A stretch of DNA of 61,038 bases from Catajapyx aquilonaris (lineage: Eukaryota): NCBI GenBank assembly GCA_000934665.2, contig JYFJ02000553.1, positions 62,001 through 123,038 on the forward strand. Reading direction: 5' to 3'. Positions 51,601 to 61,038 of this stretch are shown here, in pieces. Below the pieces are notes generated by a model. It had not been told where the DNA came from and searched no databases. It saw only the letters and a list, made by a program, of their open reading frames with translations. How positions within the stretch are numbered: position 1 is the stretch's first letter; each line of letters starts with the position of its first letter. Both the position numbers and the translations under genes were made by a program.

Positions 51601-51700
51601 TGTACTCACCAAACGGCAGCGCACTGGCAGATATCGGTTGAAAAGAGTGGAAATAATTCATGTACTCACCTGGGAAGGAAACAAGAATCTCATTAGTCAC
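51601..51700 (-). promoter_or_regulatory. Candidate recursive splice site (AG|GT at 51670/51669) with a 60-nt cryptic exon (51669-51610)
   Basis: Minus strand: tgactaat (branch A ~-24), gagattcttgtttccttccCAG|GTGAGTACA, then 60 nt later ttG|GTGAGTACA. Same strand as unc-13. Confidence 0.6.
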
Positions 51701-53733
51701 ACTAGTCATTATCAAAGGTGTTGTACAAAAAAAAAGTAGGATTCTGTATATCCATGGTACAACCAAGTTTCTAGGTACAATGTCTCTGCCCATATTACCA
51801 TCCGTCCCTTGAAGTATGGATTTTCTTTCGTCCTCCCTGGAATATCAGAATTCTGAACCATTTCGCAACAATATTGCGTGGGGAAATTGGCTTTTTTTGC
51901 ATTCCAGAATAAAGCCAGGGTAGTGTTCCAGATAGAATATGAACCTCTCCCGCCTTAAATTAAAGAAAGAAATTTTTCTTTAACAATGGAATCTGTCGAT
52001 ACTATTTCTTTAGGCCTGGTTGCACCATCGCCACTTTCGGTTTCGAATGTTATTAACTGTTAGGCAGCACATAATTAATTTTTCTGGTTTTCGTTCCTTA
52101 CACACATTTTTTGTGTCAACCTTTAGCTTATATTATTTTCAATCAGTATTCCAGCCCATTTAAATATTTAATCAAATCGACGGAAATATCACTTTGCTAA
52201 TATCAATATTGATTCAGTCAAAAGACATTTCGTGTCAAATTATTGCATGCAAATTCAAATGGAGAAATAATGACAAACCACCAAAAATAGCTTTCTCGAT
52301 TGGAGTAGCAATGACCTCACATTTTACAAAGTTTCACTCATTTCCGGTCCTAATAATAACCTGTTCTGCCCCTGTAGTGCAATAAGGCGGTGTTAACGCT
52401 TCCGTTGCAATAAAGAAAGGGCTACACCGTTTATTGCTTAGATCCCTCGAGAGCCGACAGAAAGACCTCTTACATATTCTAAGAAATGATGGTATAAGCA
52501 ACTATAGACAGTGCCAGCCTGCTCGACAATAAACGGCTTTTGTCAGGCTCACCCCTCCGCTTTTGTTTATACACACCCGACTGCCTCTAACGCCTTCATT
52601 TTACGACCTGACGCGGCACTTGGACGACTTGCCAAAAGTGTACAAAGTGGATGCATTGGGATTAAAGAGACCGAGTTTAAAACGCTGTTTACACGGACGA
52701 GCAACGACTCGAAATCCTGCTTAGAAAAAAGGTCTCCCGATAACCATTTTATTTTGAGAAAATGGCAAGGCATATTGGAGCCAACTTGCACGCAAAAAAA
52801 AGAAAGTTTGGCATCACGGAAGGCAAGGGTAATGAGTTGAAGTGCGGCCTGAATACTCTAATGAAGGCAGGGGACTGGAGGTACGCTTCCCCGGAAATTG
52901 GTTCAGGGAAGGAATACGTCTCGAGTCTGCTCGTGGGGAAGGTAGGGACACGGGTTACCCGGAATAATAATGTACAAGCTGGTTATAACAGACTGCAGCC
53001 TCTCTAGAGAGAGAGCCGAATGCGCAGTGAAATCACTTTATCCTGTCGCGTACGCAACCCAATAACTTTCCTTGAATTAACCCTACACGACTGATGGATT
53101 TCCCAAATCCTGTGGCTTGGAACAATTGTCTGTGCCGAGGGTTCACAATGGGTACAAATCGGTAATTAATTCGAATCGCAAATTGGGATGCAATTAGCAA
53201 GTTTTTTTTGGGGGGGGACATAAAATGTAAAATGACCCGCTGGTTTTGATTAATTGGAGCAGGCAGAACCATAATTCAGTCGAGTTAGGTGGACGCGAAC
53301 TCATGCCGCGTGAATCCGGGGGAAAATCATACATTTTTCTCACTTTACAACCTGGACACCTGCTGCCCGGCACATCCGGAGTTTTCATTGTGAACGCCAT
53401 TTTTTTACAAAAAATATATGGTCGCCATACTGGTCCATCCAATTCATAACATCTTTCTAGAAATATCGCTTATCTATAACATCCTATTCGTGGTGTTTGA
53501 CCGAGTCCTCTGATTGGTCCCAGCATATTGTTACCGCGACGCTTCGTATTGGCCCGCGTTCTACGCATGCGCAGTGAGTGGAGACAACACTGGTGGGTGG
53601 GAGGGGAAACGTATCCATAAGATCGCTGTCGGCCGGAGGGTCTACTTCGCTCTCTCAACACCCTTTGTAAGCCAGTTAGCACAAGTGTCAGGTTACGTGT
53701 TCTGATAACAGGGCTGTTCGAAAGCCAAATCGT

Positions 53734-53893
53734 TTAACAATATGCCTGCACCACCACAGGCCGCAGGCCTAGAAAAAAGCGATAAAAGCGAGGGTTTTAT
53801 TAGTTAAGTATAAATGGGAAAGTTTCTCTGTATGTTACGTCCCGGCTGCCTAATAACTCACTTTCAGACTACTGAGAGTACTGAAACTTGGCA
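53734..53893 (+). mobile_element. Helitron-like 3' end directly fused to a Helitron-like 5' end
   Basis: 53734-53804 matches the 15.3 kb and 21.3 kb hairpin/CTAG ends (here ttagt); 53807-53893 matches the 34.0 kb 5'-type segment. Confidence 0.6.
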
Positions 53894-56804
53894 CACTCAT
53901 GGCTGATTAAGGGAAAAGTCAGAAACCCAAACTTTTTTTTAAAATGTCTGAGCCCATTTTTTAAATTTTGAGATTCCGGTTTACGTCACTAGTAAAATAT
54001 GCATCTGATTAGGTGTTGTAGAGACATCTTGCACAAAAAAATACCCGGATTGACGCTCACCCGGTCGCTTAGCTAAAAGCCCTCTCTGGGCGTACTTTTA
54101 CCTCGTTGGCGTCCTCTTATTAGGGCACTTGAGTCAATATTCCGGCAGGCAGAATGCGGGCTCGGCAGGGGCTCAGAGAGGGATGGGTTTTTTTTCCCCT
54201 CCCCCCAGCAGCAGCCCTCCGGAGCGGGAACATTGTCCGGTGCGAAACTCTGCGAGGGGCGCCAACCCAATTTCATGTGATGAATATGGATGGACGCCGC
54301 GCCGGGGCCTGGACTGTAGTTCATACTCATCTCTTTTCCTCTTGGAGGAGCCTGTCCGGATATATTATGCGGGTTTTTTTTCTGGTTATCGACTACCCCC
54401 TCGGACGCATACGCATAATTTGGACCCGATGCGTAAAAGCCACTTGTGGAAAACCCTGGGTCTACCGGAAAAACCGGGGCCTGGATTAGTCGTGCAAACT
54501 ATGAGGGTTCCGTCCGTCGAAATTAATTTTCCCTCGGCCTGCTGGTCCTATCCTTTTGTGCTGGCAGTCCAATTCCTTGCTCGGAAGCGGCATTGTTTAG
54601 CAGACAATGCGAGCCGCAGTCGGGACGCGTCCCGAAGAATCGCATTGTGAGAGAGGGGGCCGGAAAGGGCAGAGGGAGGAACTCTCCGGATGGTCAGAAA
54701 CAAGTTGAGCTGTGATTGCCCCTGCTTTATTAGCGGTCTTGATCGTCTAAGGGACAAGACCGATTTGGCGCAAGCCTTTTGTTAGCGGACGCGCTTGAGA
54801 CAAAGGAAGCTAAAGGCGAAATGACAATTTGGCAATGGTTGTGTATTGGCCACAAAATGCGGTAAAAGCGCAATCATTTTAATTTCATTTTAATGGTTGC
54901 TGGTAGTTCAAGTGGCGTAAGTTATTTGCGGCACTGTAAAATTGCAAAATTGCGTTATTTTGGTCGAGTGTAATATTGCAAACAAAATTGAAATTAAATT
55001 ACAGGCAGCTGACTCTGTTACGATCCATTCGGCTGCAAAATTCGGTTATATTTTAAAATGTTACAGTACAGTGCACAACAGCCACGATTAACTTCCAACT
55101 ATGTGTGCACGCTCCTATAATTCTTCCTAGACTGGCAGTAAGAGCATTATTTTTTTTTTAAATAATTGTAGTCAAATGGCATTGCAGGATTTTCATTTGT
55201 GCCTAACCAGACTGTGGAATAATGCGCAAACTATCTCTGCAATGCAATTTTCAGAAGTGGCGCAAAACCTGCAGGCACGTAACTGGGAGGCAGCAACAAA
55301 CAAACAAAAAAAATCTGGAAGGGCCAAAATGAGGTAAACAGTGGAATTGCCACGATTTGTGCTGCAGCTGCCGGCAACCACGTAAATGCAGAAGCCTCGA
55401 TGACATTATGCAGGGTTGGGGGTGTTTTTTGTGTCCCCCCCATAAACCTATCCATGCGCCATGTAATGCATTAGGAAGGCCGGCGTAAAATCTTCGGAAC
55501 GCCATTTGTTGGATATTTAAACCCTGTCGTTTGGTTGCTTGGACCGTGTAATAATAATTTACATCCCAGCCGGACCAGCCCCAGCAATGCTTCAAACGGC
55601 TGCGGAAGCACCGCTTAATGCAAAACAACACACAACAGGTCCCGGAAAAATAATAATAAAAAATACATGTACGCCGCACTTTTTTATCCGTTCATTTGAA
55701 GCCCCGCCGCATAATTGAATCTGACAGGTTAGCCCCACCAGATATTACCTGGGACTAGTCCAAATGACATCGGCGGATTACCCGAATGAAACCGGCGGGA
55801 TTAACCATTCGAGGGGCGGCTCAACTTATGAAGGACCTTAGGTAATTTGTCCGCCTACCCCTGCAGGACTTGGACAAATGACCCGGTGCTGATATAAATT
55901 GTGTGGCGATTTCGCCCCCTCCCGCCCCGCCCTTGGCCACCTGACACTGGCCAGGTCCATGCAACCCCACAGTCTTCTCTCGAAATGCAGCTTTCGGTCC
56001 CAGGGCATTCATCACTTCGGCCCTATCGCCATCTTGCCCCTCTGAAAGGAGGTATCCGTCTGCTGAAGGGCCGATTCCAGTCTTGGTGTCATGTGGATTT
56101 AACGGTCGAGATGCTGCGTTATCGAACTGTGCGAGAGGGCTGCAAATGATCATGCTCCCAGATATTTTTGTTAAGAAATTTTTTCTCTCTCCCTACATGG
56201 CTAGCTCGTGCTGAGTGAAATATTGGTTGCGTTGGCATTTTGTCATTTGCAAGTCACGAGCTTGGTTTTAAAATGGGCTGTCCGGCCGTTTCTTTTACAG
56301 TAAAAATGCGACGTTGCGATAATTATGTTGCAGGCTTGTACTTAATCACAGGGCCTGAACAACGCGGCGACCTAGATTTGAACTTTATTGGATTCCTCGG
56401 GTTCACGTTATCCAACTATTATATTATGATCTGATATAGAGCCATGTATCCCCACTTGGAATAGGAAGATTATGGCATCTCAGTTTGACTGACACTCTAT
56501 CACATAAAAAGCTCAAAAGAGAAAAGCAGGGGAGGATCTGCATTGGGACAGCTCAACAGACAAAATGTTGAACTTGGAACTGACGCTAGTTTATCAAGCT
56601 CAATAGTTTTGACAAAGAATCGCGTAGAAAATGGACGAATATAATTGTCACAATATATTTTTCAAGCATGACGAAGACTGCGCAAGTGAGCATGTATCCT
56701 TAAGGTATGGGTATATACATATAAGGATAGTAATTATTTCTTTCGAAATGCTTGGTTGTGAGTTTAAGAGTGCAAAATTATAGAATGTCCAATGATTTTA
56801 TGTT

Positions 56805-56844
56805 AGTATTTTTGGCCATAAGCCNAGTATTTTGGCCATAAGCC
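56805..56844. other. Probable assembly join: single N (56825) flanked by a ~20-bp duplicated overlap
   Basis: agtatttttggccataagcc N agtattttggccataagcc. Confidence 0.85.
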
Positions 56845-56979
56845 GATGAGACCTACTTTTGGCTTCTTTCTTATAAAAGATTAGAACGTCTCATAATACC
56901 AGAATTGAATTAGGAGACTGCCAAAATAATCAGCAGACGGTTTTATTAGATTATCGGGTTTAAGAAGACCAACTTTCTT

Positions 56980-57400
56980 CCTCTCATTAGTCACAATATC
57001 CTTAAAGGTAACGCTCAAAACCCATTACTTTTGCTTCACCGATTCGACCTCGAACGTTTTTCACCCAACATATCGACTGGGGCCATCTCGACACTTAAAA
57101 ATCACCGGAATTACCCCAAAATAACCCGATGATAAATAGCCCCCTCGATCCATTTCCTCTCCTAGACTTGTCGGTCCAGGCAGACAAATCAACCTAACGA
57201 TCCTGTAACTCAGGCTGTAGATGCAAGGGCGGTCTTTAAGGGGAAAAAAGAGGTGTTCCATCACACGAGACGGTTGATCGGAAGACGAGAGATCGAGACC
57301 ACTCAAAGAGACGTTCAATTTTTTGTTCTCTCTTCTTAACAAAAAAAAGGAGGTCGCTCTATATCCTCTTGCTGTTTGCGTTGAGATCTCATACAGGAAT
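56980..57400 (-). mobile_element. Decayed L2-like LINE reverse-transcriptase fragment
   Basis: GLDLSSSDQPSRVMEHLFFPLKDR..I resembles LLDLSAAFDTVDH.ILL.RL...GI. Downstream GP and GYCD* (YADD-like) occur in the expected order. Confidence 0.4.
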
Positions 57401-60139
57401 AAGGAAAGGGAGGGCCAGAGAGTGCTCTAGAAAATGGCGAGTAAACAGGATACGCGCATATGGGGATGGAGATCGAAGGCACTCCAGAGAAATCCTCTCA
57501 CACCTATTCTTGGTGTCAGAGATTTATTCCGGGGCTGTTAGCGAGGAGGAAAAGAATTCAAGTTGACAGCGACATGAGCGGAAGGGATCTCAGGAGTTGT
57601 GATGAAGGATCTGGGCAATTTTCGCCGAGAGTTTCGTGGGAGGCGAAATGGAGTGAAAATATGTGGCTGTGATTTTGCAGAACTGTGCCCGCAAAATTAA
57701 TTAAGACCAGCTCAGGGTGTAATAAAAATTTTGGTGCAACTATAACCCCAGTATAGTGCTATTGCTCCACTAGGGCTGCCGTTTAAGTGGACGTTCTTTC
57801 CGGAATGTTCAATTGGCCTGGTGGGAGAGGAAAACCTCATTACTGGATCATATATCCGGTTTTCAACGGGACCGAACAACTGCCTCATCCGCAATTATCT
57901 GGATATAGAAGTGATCAGGCGAAAACCTCTTACGTAAGCTCCCGGTAGGCAGAGTCCAAACGATATCTGCTGCGCAATGAAGCGAAGAGGAGCTTCATTG
58001 CTATTTTCACTCTCATGTAATTACTTTCGGACCTGGACTGCAAGTACGTATTTCAGAAATAATTGCTGGGGCCTATGATCAGTATATAGCCGGAGCTCAG
58101 TGCTATTGTACTTAATTACACTCTTGTTTCAGTCGTAATTTTTAGTGCATTGCAGTACGTGTTAGTTTGATTGCAAAGCGGAATTTTTCACCGTAAGGTG
58201 TGAAATTACCTCCGAATTAAAATTCAACAGTAAATGCTCAAATTAATTGGCTAATTTCATAACACCACTACAATAATGTTTTGTACAAAAAATATACAGT
58301 GCAGGCTTTTATGTTTTAACCATCTTCAAAATAGTCCAGTGTTTGTAGTAAACACGGTAGTTTACCATCAAACAACCTGGATTTTGAACACACTGAAATA
58401 TCGCATCTTATTTTAAAATCGAGCAAATTGTGCCAAAATATTGTAACGCTTTTGAACATTGCAATGCAAGGCTTTGATTAACGCCTAGTAAAGGTACGTA
58501 TTAATGACAGCGTAATGTTATTGTTGTGTACAAGGTCAAAGTGCTTGGCAAGGTTTTGCCTTTTCAGTTTCTAAAAAAGTAAACAAACTTGTCTAGAGGT
58601 AACTCCGACATTTCTGTAGCTAAAACCGTACTTGGGTGTTGATAAAGTGCTTAGAGGCGACAAATCCATTCCGACCTCATTTTTGTTCAACAAATGGGCA
58701 GTTTTTTTCCGTGGCTAAATTACTTTTCGTAACCCATTTTGCAGGCCGTGATAATAGGCGACTTGGAGGTCAGGGCTTGACTCCCCCCAGCTGGTGGTCG
58801 AAACTATGTTCCGTGCAGTTAATTTTCATTAGCGCAATGTCGTAGTCGGCAAACTTTTTTTTAGCAGCCAGGACACCCGTAGTGTAACCAGGAAAAAGTG
58901 AGAAAAAAAAGCTCCCCACTTTCTAACAATTGCATTTGTTCCCCAGTAAACCTGTAGCTTAGGGACCCTACTGTACATTTTGAGCTCATTACAAGGCATG
59001 AACTAGGGTGTTTTCCCAGCACTTTGAGAGGAACGCCATTTTAAGCGACAGACCATATTTTATTCACTTTTGCCTCGGACTGGAAGGAATTTATCGTGGG
59101 ATATAAAACGCCCCGGCGATACATCATCGGCCTATCAAAGGACCCACACTAAAACATTTCCTGGAAGCTGACACCTGCTTGGCTAAGCATACCAAAATGG
59201 TCCCAGAAGATATACTTTGGTCAGGACTGGAGCAATCTTGAGCACGAAAAAGCGATCTAATGGCACCATGGCATATAAAAAGAAGGAGCCGTGATGTACG
59301 ACCCTTTCATACATATAGTGCCCCTCCCAGTATAGTGTGTGTATATCAGGAATCCGGATCACGAATAAACGACGGACTCACCGATACTCCTCTAAATGTG
59401 ACTTTGAGTGGCAATAGCTTTGCCTTGATGCTAGACAATTTTTTTTTTCCTCCAGCCGCCAGCATCGATGCGGAGAATGAACTACAAGTTTGGCCGGCCT
59501 ATTATGTCTGTGTGATAGACTGCGTCATGAACCGCGCCCTTTATGTCTCCCTTAAGCGACATATCTTTGCATACATATAGAGATCGCAACGGGCGCGTCC
59601 TAGCAAGGAATTGCCTCGTAAGTTTCGTTATAAGAAAGCCAACCTGAGATTCAGAACCTCCCAGAAAATGGGACTTGGTATAGCTATCTTGAGCCAATAT
59701 TGTTGGGCTGCCACGTATGGCAATCAATTTTAATATCCACATCGGAAAGTAATGGCATGTCGTTTCGTAATATTGCATATAAATTAGCTGTGCCTTGGAC
59801 TTTGGCCTCTTAAAAAATTCGTATCACGCACGCCCAAACATTAGGTAGAAAATCCCTCAAAATCGGTCATACCCTGCCGTAACTACAGTTCGACGCTTAA
59901 CCCTCCCGTCTTTATTTACCATCTTTCGGTAAGCCTCTTAAAGTTGAGCACCACCTCACAATTTAGGGGTTGGCGTGCCGAGAAGGGAGAACCACTAATA
60001 GGCGATCCGGTTACCTCAAAATGCCAGGGAGATGAGGGCCTGCCATTCACAAAAGGGCGAATCCTCATCTTGTAAGGTATGCAACCTTCGCATATCCATC
60101 CCCAATTGGAAATGGGAAGGATACTATCTCCATCCAATG

Positions 60140-60500
60140 AGAAATGGAGAAAATACTGTATATTCACGGAAAGCTCAAGATTGGATGCGTATATTGGACT
60201 CCCTAGTCACAGAGCCGGACATCAGGTCATCGCTTTCAATGCAGTATTGAGCATCGGTTGCTCACCTGTCGCCATTCGGTTCGGAAAATCACCTCTCTTG
60301 AGAAGCTGGGCTCAAAGCTAACCCTAGCTTGTAAGGAGAAAGGAGGGGATGGTGGGGGATCTCCAAGTGTAATTCACATGATGTAGCTCACTGGGAAAGT
60401 CTTCAAGGGTACAAAAGGTTGGAAAGCCCATCCCTTCTAGTCTCTCGGGCAGACCCAAGCTGGTAGGTGGCGCCGAAAGCCTTAGCAGAGACGCTCTTTT
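60140..60500 (+). mobile_element. Possible LINE RNase H remnant
   Basis: IFTESSRLDAYIG (IYTDGSK...VG) followed later by GWKAH (WVKAH). Weak, by eye. Confidence 0.25.
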
Positions 60501-61038
60501 CCGACGCCCAATTGCTCCTGGGGAAGACGTGAGCAGACCACGAAACTAAACCCAAGCTTTCTTTATGCCTCGGGTCTATGGCCTGAAACCTTTAGAAAGA
60601 GAAAAAAATATATACGGCTAGGTCTGAAAAGCAGGTTGTGTTGGTGTGTACCAAACTGGACGCGTTAATCTTGGGGAGATCCAATTTGTAAAACCGACGG
60701 TCATTACTTCTCCCACGATACTGACTATTACTACATCCGTTTGCCATATAGTCACCCCGGATAGTGAGGATAACACAACTACAGCGTGGAAAAAATTCGG
60801 TGCTGGGTTTGGCAGACGTCCATGAACGCGAGTTAGTCCGCATAGATTAGCACGAGGTTGCCAAAATGTGGGTCCTACACAAACATCCAGGAACAATTTC
60901 ATCCTACTCTTAAATAGTTGGCCACATCTACGAAGAAATCTCAAAATTCAATGGGGAAAGTCCTGAAACTGCCGAATTTGTGTCATAAAGCAATCGACAT
61001 TTTTTAGAACTTGAAATTAATTTTTTCATCTAGAATAG

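Larger units (their letters stand above)
9753..61038 (-). other. Long non-coding region, probably a very large unc-13 intron upstream of the B-type exon
   Basis: No long ORF or recognisable host exon. In Drosophila unc-13 the A-isoform exons splice around the B exon. I found no A-type calmodulin-site exon in the window. Intron status is inferred. Confidence 0.55.

Noticed and set aside
52511..52840. Faint RT-like words (GFCQ, EFKTLF)
   Set aside because: Spacing and catalytic motifs are not convincing.
56805..56844. 20-bp direct repeat that could be read as a target-site duplication
   Set aside because: It is centred on a single N, so it is best explained as a scaffold join artefact.
1..61038. 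CRISPR arrays, operons, rRNA or tRNA genes
   Set aside because: No regularly spaced repeats or structural RNA signatures were seen, and the sequence is a spliced eukaryotic locus.

Overview
This is eukaryotic, arthropod-like genomic DNA containing part of an unc-13 (Munc13) synaptic vesicle-priming gene on the minus strand. Three coding exons can be read with compatible splice phases: a giant ~5.8 kb exon (9605->3792, ~1938 aa of mostly disordered N-terminus, resembling the Drosophila Unc13B-type isoform-specific exon), a 41-nt exon (1276->1236) and a 91-nt exon (531->441) encoding the conserved HPGDNPFYSNIDSMPDIRPRRKSIPLVSEL motif. The gene continues beyond the left edge. The remaining ~51 kb has no recognisable host exon and is probably one very long unc-13 intron. 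It holds Helitron-like repeats and heavily decayed LINE, BEL/Pao and LTR-integrase fragments, which I recognised by eye at motif level only; two MITE-like inverted repeats lie in the two short downstream introns. The most notable signals are a candidate recursive splice site (branch point, polypyrimidine tract, CAG|GTGAGT) with a 60-nt cryptic exon at 51670-51610, a candidate 6/9-nt microexon at 1716-1724, a 4x PPVPPRE SH3-ligand array, Helitron tail-to-head junctions, and an apparent ~1.5-2 kb alternation of sequence texture across the intron. No database searches were run, so family assignments rest on remembered motifs.
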